The notes under the pieces are model-generated. The model worked only from the letters and a program-made list of their open reading frames with translations, searched no databases and was not told the origin of the DNA. From an uncultured bacterium (GTDB lineage Bacteria > Zixibacteria > MSB-5A5 > GN15 > FEB-12): a stretch of 64,000 nucleotides of DNA. Positions 1 through 9,190 of the stretch are shown here, piece after piece (position 1 is the first letter of the stretch; each line of letters opens with the position of its first letter). The position numbers and the translations under genes were made by a program. The stretch is from NCBI GenBank assembly GCA_965372795.1, contig CBDVDR010000003.1, positions 178,265 to 242,264 on the forward strand. Direction: 5' to 3'.

Positions 1-474
1 TTAACCAAAATCAAAGCTATGATGGTTAATGAGACGACTCTTTCTAATATAGGCAAAAAAATCGGGCTTAATCAGTGTATTCTTATGTCCCCGGAAGAAG
101 AACGCTCAGGCGGGCGCGAACGACCCTCTATTATTTCTGATGCTTTTGAGTCTGTACTGGGTGCTGTTTTTTTAGATGGAAATCTAAATCCGGCGCGGGA
201 TGTCATTCTTCACCTGCTTTATACAAACAAAATTGATATCTTATCTGATATTTCACAAAAAAATTACAAAGGCGAGCTTCTGGAAGCTGTTCAAGCTATG
301 GGGGAAGGGATGCCTCGTTATGATGTTGTTAGCGAAGAAGGTCCCGATCACGATAAAACCTTCAACCTTGAAGTCATTGTATCCAATAAAAAAATTGGCC
401 AAGGTTCGGGCTTTACTAAAAAAGAAGCTGAACAAAAAGCTGCCGCTATGGCACTCCAATATTTAAAAAAATAA
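1..474 (+). CDS. rnc: Ribonuclease III, C-terminal part (5' end lies outside the window)
   Basis: RNase III motif SDAFESVLGAVFLD followed by a dsRBD (NYKGELLE...GPDHDKTF...GSGFTKKEAEQKAA); frame is open to the window edge. Confidence 0.95.
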   Translation, partial: LTKIKAMMVNETTLSNIGKKIGLNQCILMSPEEERSGGRERPSIISDAFESVLGAVFLDGNLNPARDVILHLLYTNKIDILSDISQKNYKGELLEAVQAMGEGMPRYDVVSEEGPDHDKTFNLEVIVSNKKIGQGSGFTKKEAEQKAAAMALQYLKK

Positions 475-633
475 TTAAATCTATCATATTCTCGTATAAT
501 CTTTTATAAAGTTTTTTATTGACATAAATTGACCATGTTGTGAAATTTATAAGTTAATTAGATTCCTTTATAAGATTGTTATATTAATGAAGTACCCTAT
601 AACCGTCAAACCTATTTAAGGGAGATTTATTCA

Positions 634-999
634 ATGCGTAGAACTGCAAGAAAAGCAGCGCCAAGGAAGACGACGCGCAAAGCAACCACAAGAAAGGCTA
701 AAAGACCGGCTACACGTCCGGGAGCTAAAGCCTGGACAACAGCGGAAGCTGCCAATTTGAAAAAGATGTACAAGACCAGAACTGCAACTCAGATTGCTAA
801 AACTTTGAGAAGGTCTCTGTCATCGGTCAAATCAAAATGCCGTGCCATGGGTTTGAGAAAAACCATTGTGGCTAAAAAGGCTGCTCCAAAAAGAAAAACT
901 ACAACTCGTAAAGCTGCTCCAAAACGGAGAACAACAGCTCGCAAAGCAGCCCCGAAACGGAAAACTGCCAAGAGAAAAGCGGTTAAACGTCGTCGTTAG
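634..999 (+). CDS. Very basic histone H1-like protein with KAAPKR repeats and a central Myb/SANT-like HTH
   Basis: K/R/A/T-rich tails; core WTTAEAANLKKMY...QIAKTLRRSLSSVKSKCRAMGL; GGGAG RBS; own terminator. Confidence 0.8.
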   Translation: MRRTARKAAPRKTTRKATTRKAKRPATRPGAKAWTTAEAANLKKMYKTRTATQIAKTLRRSLSSVKSKCRAMGLRKTIVAKKAAPKRKTTTRKAAPKRRTTARKAAPKRKTAKRKAVKRRR

Positions 1000-1020
1000 A
1001 TTTGGTAGTATTTGTTTTTG

Positions 1021-1048
1021 AAAAAGCCCGCAATAGCGGGCTTTTTTT
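1021..1048 (+). terminator. Rho-independent terminator (bidirectional shape)
   Basis: AAAAAGCCCGC-AATA-GCGGGCTTTTTTT. Confidence 0.85.
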
Positions 1049-1074
1049 ATTGGAATACATTTATTTAGCCTCTC

Positions 1075-1103
1075 TTGACAACAACCCCCCATTTCACCAT
1101 ATT
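1075..1103 (+). promoter_or_regulatory. Sigma70-type promoter of etfB
   Basis: TTGACA-N17-CATATT. Confidence 0.6.
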
Positions 1104-1141
1104 GTGCTTTAATTTTACGTTAATGACTGACAGGAGTTGTA

Positions 1142-1927
1142 ATGAATATAGTTGTCTTGGTAAAGCAGGTTCCCGAAATCGCACTGATTAAAGTTGATGA
1201 AGCTGCTAACGAAGTGGTTCTGCCACAGGGTCCCGGAACAGTTAATCCGCAGGATGAATACGCTGTCGAAGAAGGGTTGCGTCTAAAAGAAAAAAACGGT
1301 GGAAATTGTGTCGTGATGACCGTTGGAACCGAACGCGCCGAATCAGCTCTTCGCGACTGTCTGGCTCTTGGAGTTGACGATGCCTATCTGCTTTGCGATG
1401 AAGCTTTTAACAAATCCGATCCGCAGGCAACCGCAAAGATTTTAGCGGCCGGTCTCAAAAAACTTGAGAGTTTTGATCTGATCCTCGCCGGTAAACAAGC
1501 GATTGACACTGACTCTGCTCAGGTTCATGGTGCCGTAGCCGCCAATATGGATATTCCTCAGGCAATGTTTGTTAGAAAAGTTGAATCTATAGAAAATGGC
1601 AAAGCAACTGTCCATCGGATTACCGAAGAAGGCTATGATGTCGTCGAATTGAACCTGCCGGCTTTGATTTCAGTTGTAAAGGAAATCAACGAACCGCGCC
1701 TTCCATCTCTAAAAGGTAAAATGGGAGCCAAAAAGAAAATCATCACAAAATGGTCTGCTTCTGATCTTGAAATTGATACTTCCTCATTAGGATTGAACTC
1801 CGGTACTAAAACTGTCAAAGTTGCCCCGCCGCCTCCTCGGCCATCGGGTGAGATGATTGAAGGTGAAACGCCTGAAGAAATCGCTGATAATCTTTTTGAT
1901 AAACTTCGTGAAAAGAAAATAATCTGA
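1142..1927 (+). CDS. etfB: Electron transfer flavoprotein beta subunit
   Basis: MNIVVLVKQVP, NPQDEYAVEEG, GKQAIDTDSAQV and INEPRLPSLKG motifs. Confidence 0.95.
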   Translation: MNIVVLVKQVPEIALIKVDEAANEVVLPQGPGTVNPQDEYAVEEGLRLKEKNGGNCVVMTVGTERAESALRDCLALGVDDAYLLCDEAFNKSDPQATAKILAAGLKKLESFDLILAGKQAIDTDSAQVHGAVAANMDIPQAMFVRKVESIENGKATVHRITEEGYDVVELNLPALISVVKEINEPRLPSLKGKMGAKKKIITKWSASDLEIDTSSLGLNSGTKTVKVAPPPPRPSGEMIEGETPEEIADNLFDKLREKKII

Positions 1928-1939
1928 TAAATTATTTAT

Positions 1940-1965
1940 AAAAGCCGCCCTTTGGCGGCTTTTTT
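1940..1965 (+). terminator. Rho-independent terminator
   Basis: AAAAGCCGCC-CTTT-GGCGGCTTTTTT. Confidence 0.8.
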
Positions 1966-1976
1966 ATTGGAGTAAT

Positions 1977-2345
1977 ATGCTAATTAGAAAACTAAATGAT
2001 TGCCCCGAAATTATTGCCGCCGATAAAACTATTTTAAGGGAATTACTTCACCCTGATCGGGATTATCCTTTCACCGCAAGATATTCACTGGCTCATGCTT
2101 TAATTCCAACCGGAAATAGCTCGATTAAACATATTCTCAAATCGAGTGAAGTGTATTATATCCTGAAAGGGAATGGAATCATGCATATTGATGAGGATTT
2201 TTCACCCGTGGAAAAGGGTGATTCGTTTGAAATCCCTCCAAATTCTGTCCAATGGCTTGAGAATAAAGGTGATTGTGATCTGGAATTTCTCTGTCTTGTC
2301 AATCCTGCCTGGAAAAAAGAAGATGAATCAATCAAAATCGACTGA
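1977..2345 (+). CDS. Cupin domain protein
   Basis: H...EVYYILKGNG...IPPNSVQWLEN cupin motifs. Confidence 0.85.
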   Translation: MLIRKLNDCPEIIAADKTILRELLHPDRDYPFTARYSLAHALIPTGNSSIKHILKSSEVYYILKGNGIMHIDEDFSPVEKGDSFEIPPNSVQWLENKGDCDLEFLCLVNPAWKKEDESIKID

Positions 2346-2395
2346 TTGAAAATCATATAATTGACAATTGTATTAAATTACCGATATATTACAGT

Positions 2396-4648
2396 ATGAT
2401 TCAAGGAATGAATACAGTTACAAAGAGGATAATTTTTTCAGCAATTATTCTATTCCTGCTTTTAGCGCCAATTGCTTCAAATGCCGGAAATGCTGATCCC
2501 TATAAATATTCCCTGTGTGATATTCGGGTTTTGTATGTCTATGAAAACTCCGAACAAATTGACTGGGCTTCAATATTTTATCTTAATGATAAATATGGCT
2601 GTCGGGTGGATCTGTTAAATATCAAGCTGGGCTCTAAATTAGATAGAACCGCATCCGGAATTCCTGATAAAGAGATATATCTTAATGTCATAACAGTAAA
2701 TGCTGATGATTCAAGCTGGACAAAAAAACTTGCCAAAGATCTTTTCACATCTCGAAAACCTGACATTGTAATATTTGGATCAGCCGCCAACAATCAAACC
2801 AAAGAATTTAAAAAATATATTCTGGAACTAAAGAAAACACCGAGAGAATATTTTGGGATTCGCAAAGTTTATGAATTTTCTAACAATCCCAAATCAGAAC
2901 TCGAAAGCAACCGGCGTTCAATAACTCTAAGCCATCGTGAATTGTTGAATCGCTATCATGATAGAATAGAATACGAAGTCCCCAATTTATTCCCGTTTTA
3001 TAAAATAGACGAATTTGGAAATAACAATCAAGGGCGGTACATCCTACTAAAGAATAATATCAGATCTGCTTTTGATGAAGTTGATTTTCTTTCCGGTCTT
3101 GAAAGAATCCGTTTGATAGATGCTATAAATACAATTTTTCAAGCCGGTCCAAAAAAGAGCACTCTTCATAAACAGGCAACAAGATTCATTTCATTTTTTA
3201 ACCTGTCCCGTAACAGTATAAATCCGAAAAAAACTGAACTGTTAATTGATGGTTATCGTGAATTGGATAATCTTGTTCATGAGCAAAATTTTGGTGCCGA
3301 GGCAGAAGCGATAGTTGATTTTATTCCTTATCTGAATGAATTATTCAATCGGGTTGAAAATGTCGTTTTAAATGTAATCGGTATAAATTGGGAAGGAAAA
3401 ATATTCCTTCGTGATTCTCCTCATGGTCCCAAAGCGAAAATAAGAGTGATCCTATCGGTCGACAGCCCGCTTGATGTTAAATTAAGAAGATTAGTGTTCC
3501 ACCCCTATTGGGATACTACCCGGGTTATGCTTAGTGATGAACCAATAAAAATATCACCGCATCAGAGTTTCGAAAGAGAATATCTGGTCGATATTGATCG
3601 TCAATACCTTGAAGCAAACCAGCCGGAATCACTTCTTTTTTCAGCCGATATTATTTACCGTAAAAATATTATGACCTTTAGAAACAGCTTACCCGTTTGG
3701 GAGGCTCCTCACTTAAGCGTCAGTTTTATTCCTGATTTTCAATTTATACCGCCATTTAAACAACTTGAAATTGATCGCGTCGTTACATCAATGAGAGTTC
3801 GAGTCAATATTACCAAACCGAAAAATTTTGCAGATACGGTTAAACTGCATCTTGAAACTCCCCATGGTATGTTTGCCGGATCATATAAGTCTGTACATTA
3901 CCTTGAAAAGGGAGTAACCCAGAAATCACTTAGCATACCATTTACAATTTCAAATCTATTCGAATTGGGAATCCAGCATCAGTATGTTAAATTAATTGTC
4001 GATAACCGCGAGATTGCAGTTGATACCGGATTGATAAGGATTGCGTCCTGTAAAATAGCTGATAATGTCAAAGTAGGTTTTCTGCCGGACACCACCGGTT
4101 TGCTGGAAGATATTCTACGGATGACTGATGCTGCTTATCAACCCTTAACAGAACAAACATTACTGACCTATGATTTGAATGCTTACAATGTTATTGTTTT
4201 AGGTTCAGGGTCGTTTAGAAAATACCCCTCAATTCTAAGAATTAAAGGGCGGCTTGAAAATTATATTAGACAGGGTGGATCATTGGTTATTTTTGGTCAA
4301 CCTGATGACTGGAGTGAGGGCGTTCTACCGGTCGGATTTGTTCCCGCCGAAGAATATGTTTCAAAAGATGAAATAGTGAATCGAATCCCAGAGGCGAGGG
4401 TTTTATCCGGCAAATATCCTGTGTCTGATAAAAATCTATTCTCTTCATTTTATAAAAAGAAAAAGGTGAATTCAGCCGTCATATCTCCGGCGGAAGTTGT
4501 CTACAAAACCCCAAGCGGGGGAGCTTTGCTTTCAATATCGAGAATCGGTGATGGACAGATAATTTATTGCGGTTTACCTCTGCTGGAAATGATTACCCGA
4601 CTTGACATTGACGCCATTCATCTATTTGCAAATCTTTTGAACTATTGA
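2396..4648 (+). CDS. Secreted protein resembling long PIG-L/LmbE-family proteins, with a C-terminal GATase-like domain; catalytic motif degenerate
   Basis: Signal peptide; RVLYV...KPDIVI N-terminal pattern; C-terminal LNAYNVIVLG...YIRQGGSLVIFGQ. Confidence 0.55.
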   Translation: MIQGMNTVTKRIIFSAIILFLLLAPIASNAGNADPYKYSLCDIRVLYVYENSEQIDWASIFYLNDKYGCRVDLLNIKLGSKLDRTASGIPDKEIYLNVITVNADDSSWTKKLAKDLFTSRKPDIVIFGSAANNQTKEFKKYILELKKTPREYFGIRKVYEFSNNPKSELESNRRSITLSHRELLNRYHDRIEYEVPNLFPFYKIDEFGNNNQGRYILLKNNIRSAFDEVDFLSGLERIRLIDAINTIFQAGPKKSTLHKQATRFISFFNLSRNSINPKKTELLIDGYRELDNLVHEQNFGAEAEAIVDFIPYLNELFNRVENVVLNVIGINWEGKIFLRDSPHGPKAKIRVILSVDSPLDVKLRRLVFHPYWDTTRVMLSDEPIKISPHQSFEREYLVDIDRQYLEANQPESLLFSADIIYRKNIMTFRNSLPVWEAPHLSVSFIPDFQFIPPFKQLEIDRVVTSMRVRVNITKPKNFADTVKLHLETPHGMFAGSYKSVHYLEKGVTQKSLSIPFTISNLFELGIQHQYVKLIVDNREIAVDTGLIRIASCKIADNVKVGFLPDTTGLLEDILRMTDAAYQPLTEQTLLTYDLNAYNVIVLGSGSFRKYPSILRIKGRLENYIRQGGSLVIFGQPDDWSEGVLPVGFVPAEEYVSKDEIVNRIPEARVLSGKYPVSDKNLFSSFYKKKKVNSAVISPAEVVYKTPSGGALLSISRIGDGQIIYCGLPLLEMITRLDIDAIHLFANLLNY

Positions 4649-4701
4649 TCTGATAGGTTGTTAAATTCTTAATAAGCGGAATTGATTTTTTTGGAATATA
4701 G

Positions 4702-6465
4702 ATGAAAGATAATAAAAACTCTGAACAACCGGCGCTCTTTTCTACCGTTACTAAATACTTTAAAAAATACCAACGCTATTTATATCTTGGTGGTATTACA
4801 ATATTAGTATCTAATGCGTTGATGCTTTACACGCCGTATCTTACCAAAAAAATATTTGATGGACTTGAAGAGGATGCTCCTTTAAGTGAAATCAAAAACT
4901 ATGTCTTGTTAATTATCGGGTTGACTATTGTTGGCGGTTTCTTTCGTTTTGGAATGAGACGCACTATTATCTGGATGTCTCGCTTTATTGAATATGATCT
5001 TCGCGATGAACTCATGGCACACCTTCTAAAATTATCCCAGTCATTTTATCACCAGACCAGAACCGGTGATATCATGGCGCGATTGACAAACGATCTTGAG
5101 GCTGTTCGCCAGATGGTTGGTCCCGGGGTCATGTATATTTCTGATTCAATTGTGAAACTGGTGATTGCTTTTTCAATGATGATCTATCTCTCACCGAAAT
5201 TAACATTGTATGCGGCTATTCCATTAACGATTTTACCGATTGCGGTAAACCTTGTGGCAAATATGCTTCATAAAAAATCGATGAAAATCCAGGAACAGTT
5301 CTCAACTCTTACGACTACGGCTCAGGAAAATCTATCCGGTATCAGAGTTATCAAAGCTTATCAGCAGGAAGATCATGAAATAAATAACTTTGCCAAACAT
5401 TCCTCAAAATATGTCGAACTAAATATGTCTCTGGCAAAACTTCAGGGTGTATTTATGCCGGTGATGCGTTTAACGGCGACTTTATCATATCTTGCCGTTT
5501 TCTTCTTCGGCGGACTGGCTGTGATTGATGGTGATATCAGTCTTGGTACGGTGGTTGCCTTTTTTGCATACCTCTCAATCGTCATGTGGCCTGTTATTGC
5601 TCTGGGATGGGTGCTGGCACTTTATCAAAGAGGTACCGCATCTTTAAAACGGATAAATAAAATTCTTCATACTGAACCGGAAATTGACGATAACAGCTCT
5701 CAATTGTACAATGAAAAAATGAACGGTGATATCGAATTTAGGAATTTACGTTTTAAATATAATGGTGACTATGTCCTTGACGGCATCAATTTAAAAATTA
5801 ACGCCGGCCAATCGGTCGGAATTATCGGTATGACCGGTTCAGGTAAAACCACGCTGGTATCGCTTCTCCCGCGCCTATTCCAGGTTGATAAAGGACAACT
5901 ATTAATCGACAATATAGATATTACTGACTGGTCTTTAAAATCACTGCGAAGCCAGATCGGGTTTGCTACTCAGGAACCATTTTTGTTTTCAGATACAATT
6001 GCCAATAATATTCAGTTTGGACTGGATAATAATGATGATGAAATGATGGCTTCTTCGGCTGATACAGCAGCCCTTTCAAAAGATATTCAAATGTTCCCCG
6101 ATGGCTACGAAACTGTTGTAGGCGAGCGGGGGATCACATTGTCCGGGGGACAAAAACAAAGGACAGCCATAGCCCGAGCGATTGTCGTTGACCCATCTAT
6201 TTTAATCCTTGATGATGCTACCAGTGCTGTTGATACCGAGACCGAACATGAAATCAATGACCGCATCAAAACGGTTCTAAAAGGCAGAACTTCCATAATT
6301 ATTTCTCATCGGATTTCCGCGGTGAAAGATACTGATTTAATCATCTGTTTAGAAAATGGTAAAATTGAGGAACAGGGAACCCATGAAGAACTATTGCTGC
6401 AGAACGGTATTTATGCCGATCTGTATCGTTCGCAACTTCTTGAGATGGAGCTTGAAAACCTATAA
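4702..6465 (+). CDS. ABC exporter, fused TMD+NBD (MdlA/YheI-like)
   Basis: TM region; GMTGSGKT, LSGGQKQR, ILILDD. Confidence 0.92.
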   Translation: MKDNKNSEQPALFSTVTKYFKKYQRYLYLGGITILVSNALMLYTPYLTKKIFDGLEEDAPLSEIKNYVLLIIGLTIVGGFFRFGMRRTIIWMSRFIEYDLRDELMAHLLKLSQSFYHQTRTGDIMARLTNDLEAVRQMVGPGVMYISDSIVKLVIAFSMMIYLSPKLTLYAAIPLTILPIAVNLVANMLHKKSMKIQEQFSTLTTTAQENLSGIRVIKAYQQEDHEINNFAKHSSKYVELNMSLAKLQGVFMPVMRLTATLSYLAVFFFGGLAVIDGDISLGTVVAFFAYLSIVMWPVIALGWVLALYQRGTASLKRINKILHTEPEIDDNSSQLYNEKMNGDIEFRNLRFKYNGDYVLDGINLKINAGQSVGIIGMTGSGKTTLVSLLPRLFQVDKGQLLIDNIDITDWSLKSLRSQIGFATQEPFLFSDTIANNIQFGLDNNDDEMMASSADTAALSKDIQMFPDGYETVVGERGITLSGGQKQRTAIARAIVVDPSILILDDATSAVDTETEHEINDRIKTVLKGRTSIIISHRISAVKDTDLIICLENGKIEEQGTHEELLLQNGIYADLYRSQLLEMELENL

Positions 6466-8273
6466 TGGCAGTTAATAATTTCCATGAAGAAGAAGTCTTA
6501 GGAAAAGCCTACGATAGCCGCTTGATGAAACGGTTGTTGAAGTATATCAAACCCTATAGTTGGCTGGTGGCTGCTTCGGTGGCAATTCTTCTGATGATGT
6601 CTTTTCTGCAAATATATATCGGCTTATTAACTCGTGATGGTATTGATGGATTTGTTTTAACCGGAGATAAAGTTGGTTTTGTAACCATTGCGGTTAAATA
6701 TTTAATAGTCCTGGTCATTGTTTTTATCGGTAGTTTTGGGCAAATATATCTAACAGCCCTGTTAGGTCAAAAAGTTCAACATGATATTCGTACTCAGGTG
6801 TTCAGTCATTTACAGCGCTTGCACCTCGGCTTCTATGATAAAAACCCCGTAGGCAGAATGGTTACGCGGGTTACCAATGATATCAATACTCTCAATGAAC
6901 TGTTCTCATCCGGAGTAGTTGCCATCATCGGTGATGTCTTTATGCTGATCTTTATCGTAGCGGCTTTGTTATATTTGAACTGGCAACTGGCATTAATAAC
7001 TTTTATCTCTGTCCCCATACTTTTGGTAGTCACATTTTTCTTCCGTTCCCGTGCCCGTGATGCCTACCGAATTGTTCGCTTGAAACTTGCCCACCTAAAC
7101 TCATTCGTTCAGGAACATTTAACTGGAATAAATCTGGTTCAATTATTCAGCCGTGAGAAAAAAATATTTTCAGACTTTAATTCTATCAATAAAGATTTAC
7201 GAAACCAGCATTTCAGGTCAGTCACTTATTATGCCATATTTTTCCCAACTGTTGAAATTATCGGGGCTATCTCGGTCGGCTTGTTGTTGTATTATGGCGG
7301 AATTCGTATTAGCGGAGAAACGCTGACTTTTGGTGAATTGGTTGCCTTTATGTATCTGGTCGAATTATTTTTCCGTCCTATCCGTGATCTATCCGAGAAG
7401 TATAACATCCTCCAGGCTTCAATGGCATCATCCGAACGAATATTCAATTTACTCGATACTCCGCCGGGTATAGTTAATAAGCCGGATATCAAACCAATCG
7501 AAAAGTTTAATGGCAAGCTTGAGTTCAAAAATCTTTGGTTCGCCTATAATGATGAAAAATGGGTGCTTCGCGATGTCAGCTTTACCGTTAACCCCGGTGA
7601 GAAAGTTGCCGTCGTTGGTGCTACCGGTGCTGGAAAAACCTCACTGATATCACTTCTATATCGTTTCTATGAATATCAAAAAGGAACTATTTCACTTGAT
7701 GGGGTCGACCTGAAAGATTTCCCGGTTGAAAAACTTCGATCTCATCTTGGCTTAGTCATGCAGGATGTTTTCCTGTTCCAGGGCGATTATCGCAGTAATG
7801 TTCGCTTGCGTAGTGAAGAAATTTCAGACGAAGAAATAAAAAAAGCCTTAACTCGGGTAGGCTTTGATCGGTTTTTGAAAAACCTTCCCGATGGTATAAA
7901 TACTTCCGTTAAAGAACGCGGTGCGACCCTTTCAACCGGCCAAAAACAACTTCTCTCATTTGCCCGGGCTTTGGCATTTGATCCTGATATTTTAATTCTT
8001 GATGAAGCGACCAGTTCGGTTGATACTGAAACCGAGCGATTAATTCAACAGGCACTTGAAGAACTTATGAAAGACCGTACTTCTATTATTATTGCCCACC
8101 GACTTTCGACCATTGAGAAGGCTGATAAAATTATTGTCCTCCACCATGGTGAGATGCGTGAAATCGGCAAACATAAAGAACTGCTTGAAAAGAAAGGGAT
8201 ATATTATAAATTGTATCTCATGCAGTTTAAAAACCAGATTATGGAAAAATCCATGCCTTCGGTTTCAAATTAA
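6465..8273 (+). CDS. ABC exporter, fused TMD+NBD (MdlB/YheH-like partner)
   Basis: GATGAGKT, LSTGQKQL, ILILDEAT; TAATG coupling to the upstream gene. Confidence 0.92.
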   Translation: MAVNNFHEEEVLGKAYDSRLMKRLLKYIKPYSWLVAASVAILLMMSFLQIYIGLLTRDGIDGFVLTGDKVGFVTIAVKYLIVLVIVFIGSFGQIYLTALLGQKVQHDIRTQVFSHLQRLHLGFYDKNPVGRMVTRVTNDINTLNELFSSGVVAIIGDVFMLIFIVAALLYLNWQLALITFISVPILLVVTFFFRSRARDAYRIVRLKLAHLNSFVQEHLTGINLVQLFSREKKIFSDFNSINKDLRNQHFRSVTYYAIFFPTVEIIGAISVGLLLYYGGIRISGETLTFGELVAFMYLVELFFRPIRDLSEKYNILQASMASSERIFNLLDTPPGIVNKPDIKPIEKFNGKLEFKNLWFAYNDEKWVLRDVSFTVNPGEKVAVVGATGAGKTSLISLLYRFYEYQKGTISLDGVDLKDFPVEKLRSHLGLVMQDVFLFQGDYRSNVRLRSEEISDEEIKKALTRVGFDRFLKNLPDGINTSVKERGATLSTGQKQLLSFARALAFDPDILILDEATSSVDTETERLIQQALEELMKDRTSIIIAHRLSTIEKADKIIVLHHGEMREIGKHKELLEKKGIYYKLYLMQFKNQIMEKSMPSVSN

Positions 8274-8284
8274 ATATTAAAAAT

Positions 8285-9079
8285 ATGAAAATGAAAAGTA
8301 TTACAAATAAAGAAATAAAAGAATTCAGAGAATTCGCAGCCCAATCCGCTATTGGGGCTGGTAAGATTTTAAAAAAAGGTTTTAAACTTCCTAAAAAAAC
8401 AGTCTACAAAGGACGCATTGATCCCGTTACACAATTTGATCTGAAATCTGAAAAATATATTGTTGATCAAATAAATAAAAAATATCCGGATCATACAATT
8501 TTAGCAGAAGAAGGAAGCGGCAACAAACAAAACTCTGCTTTCAGATGGATTATTGACCCGCTTGATGGAACCGTAAACTTTGCCCATGGATTTCCTGTCT
8601 ATTCTGTTTCGATTGCCCTTGAATATAATGATAAAATTATCGCCGGTGCCGTATTTGATCCCGAACGAAATGAACTTTTTAAAGCCGGAATCGGCAGTGG
8701 TTCATTTTTAAATGATAAAAAAATATCGGTATCTACAGAATCAAAACTGAACCGCGCTTTACTTGCCACCGGATTTTCTTATGATGTTGCCACCGTCAGG
8801 AAAAATAATCTGGGACATTTTGCTAAAATGGTAAAAACAGCTCAGGCAGTAAGACGAGCCGGTTCCGCGGCAATCGATCTCTGTTGGCTTTCGTGTGGAC
8901 GGATTGACGGGTTTTGGGAATTTTACCTTCACCCTTGGGATACTGCTGCTGCGGTTTTGATAATAAAAGAAGCTGGTGGCAGGATTTCAAAAATCGATGG
9001 CAGTAAATATTCCATTTTCGACCGGGAAATTTTGGCAAGTAACTCAAAATTGCACAATAAGATTGCCGGCGCCCTATAA
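8285..9079 (+). CDS. suhB: Inositol monophosphatase family protein
   Basis: WIIDPLDGTVNF and WDTAAA motifs. Confidence 0.9.
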   Translation: MKMKSITNKEIKEFREFAAQSAIGAGKILKKGFKLPKKTVYKGRIDPVTQFDLKSEKYIVDQINKKYPDHTILAEEGSGNKQNSAFRWIIDPLDGTVNFAHGFPVYSVSIALEYNDKIIAGAVFDPERNELFKAGIGSGSFLNDKKISVSTESKLNRALLATGFSYDVATVRKNNLGHFAKMVKTAQAVRRAGSAAIDLCWLSCGRIDGFWEFYLHPWDTAAAVLIIKEAGGRISKIDGSKYSIFDREILASNSKLHNKIAGAL

Positions 9080-9190
9080 GTTGTTGTCGGGCTAGGGCAT
9101 ACAGTTGCTGTAAGGGCTTGTATAATTATTCATAAAAGAGTATAATGAAATACAGTAAAATCTATTTTAATTTTATTCGATAAAGAGTAT

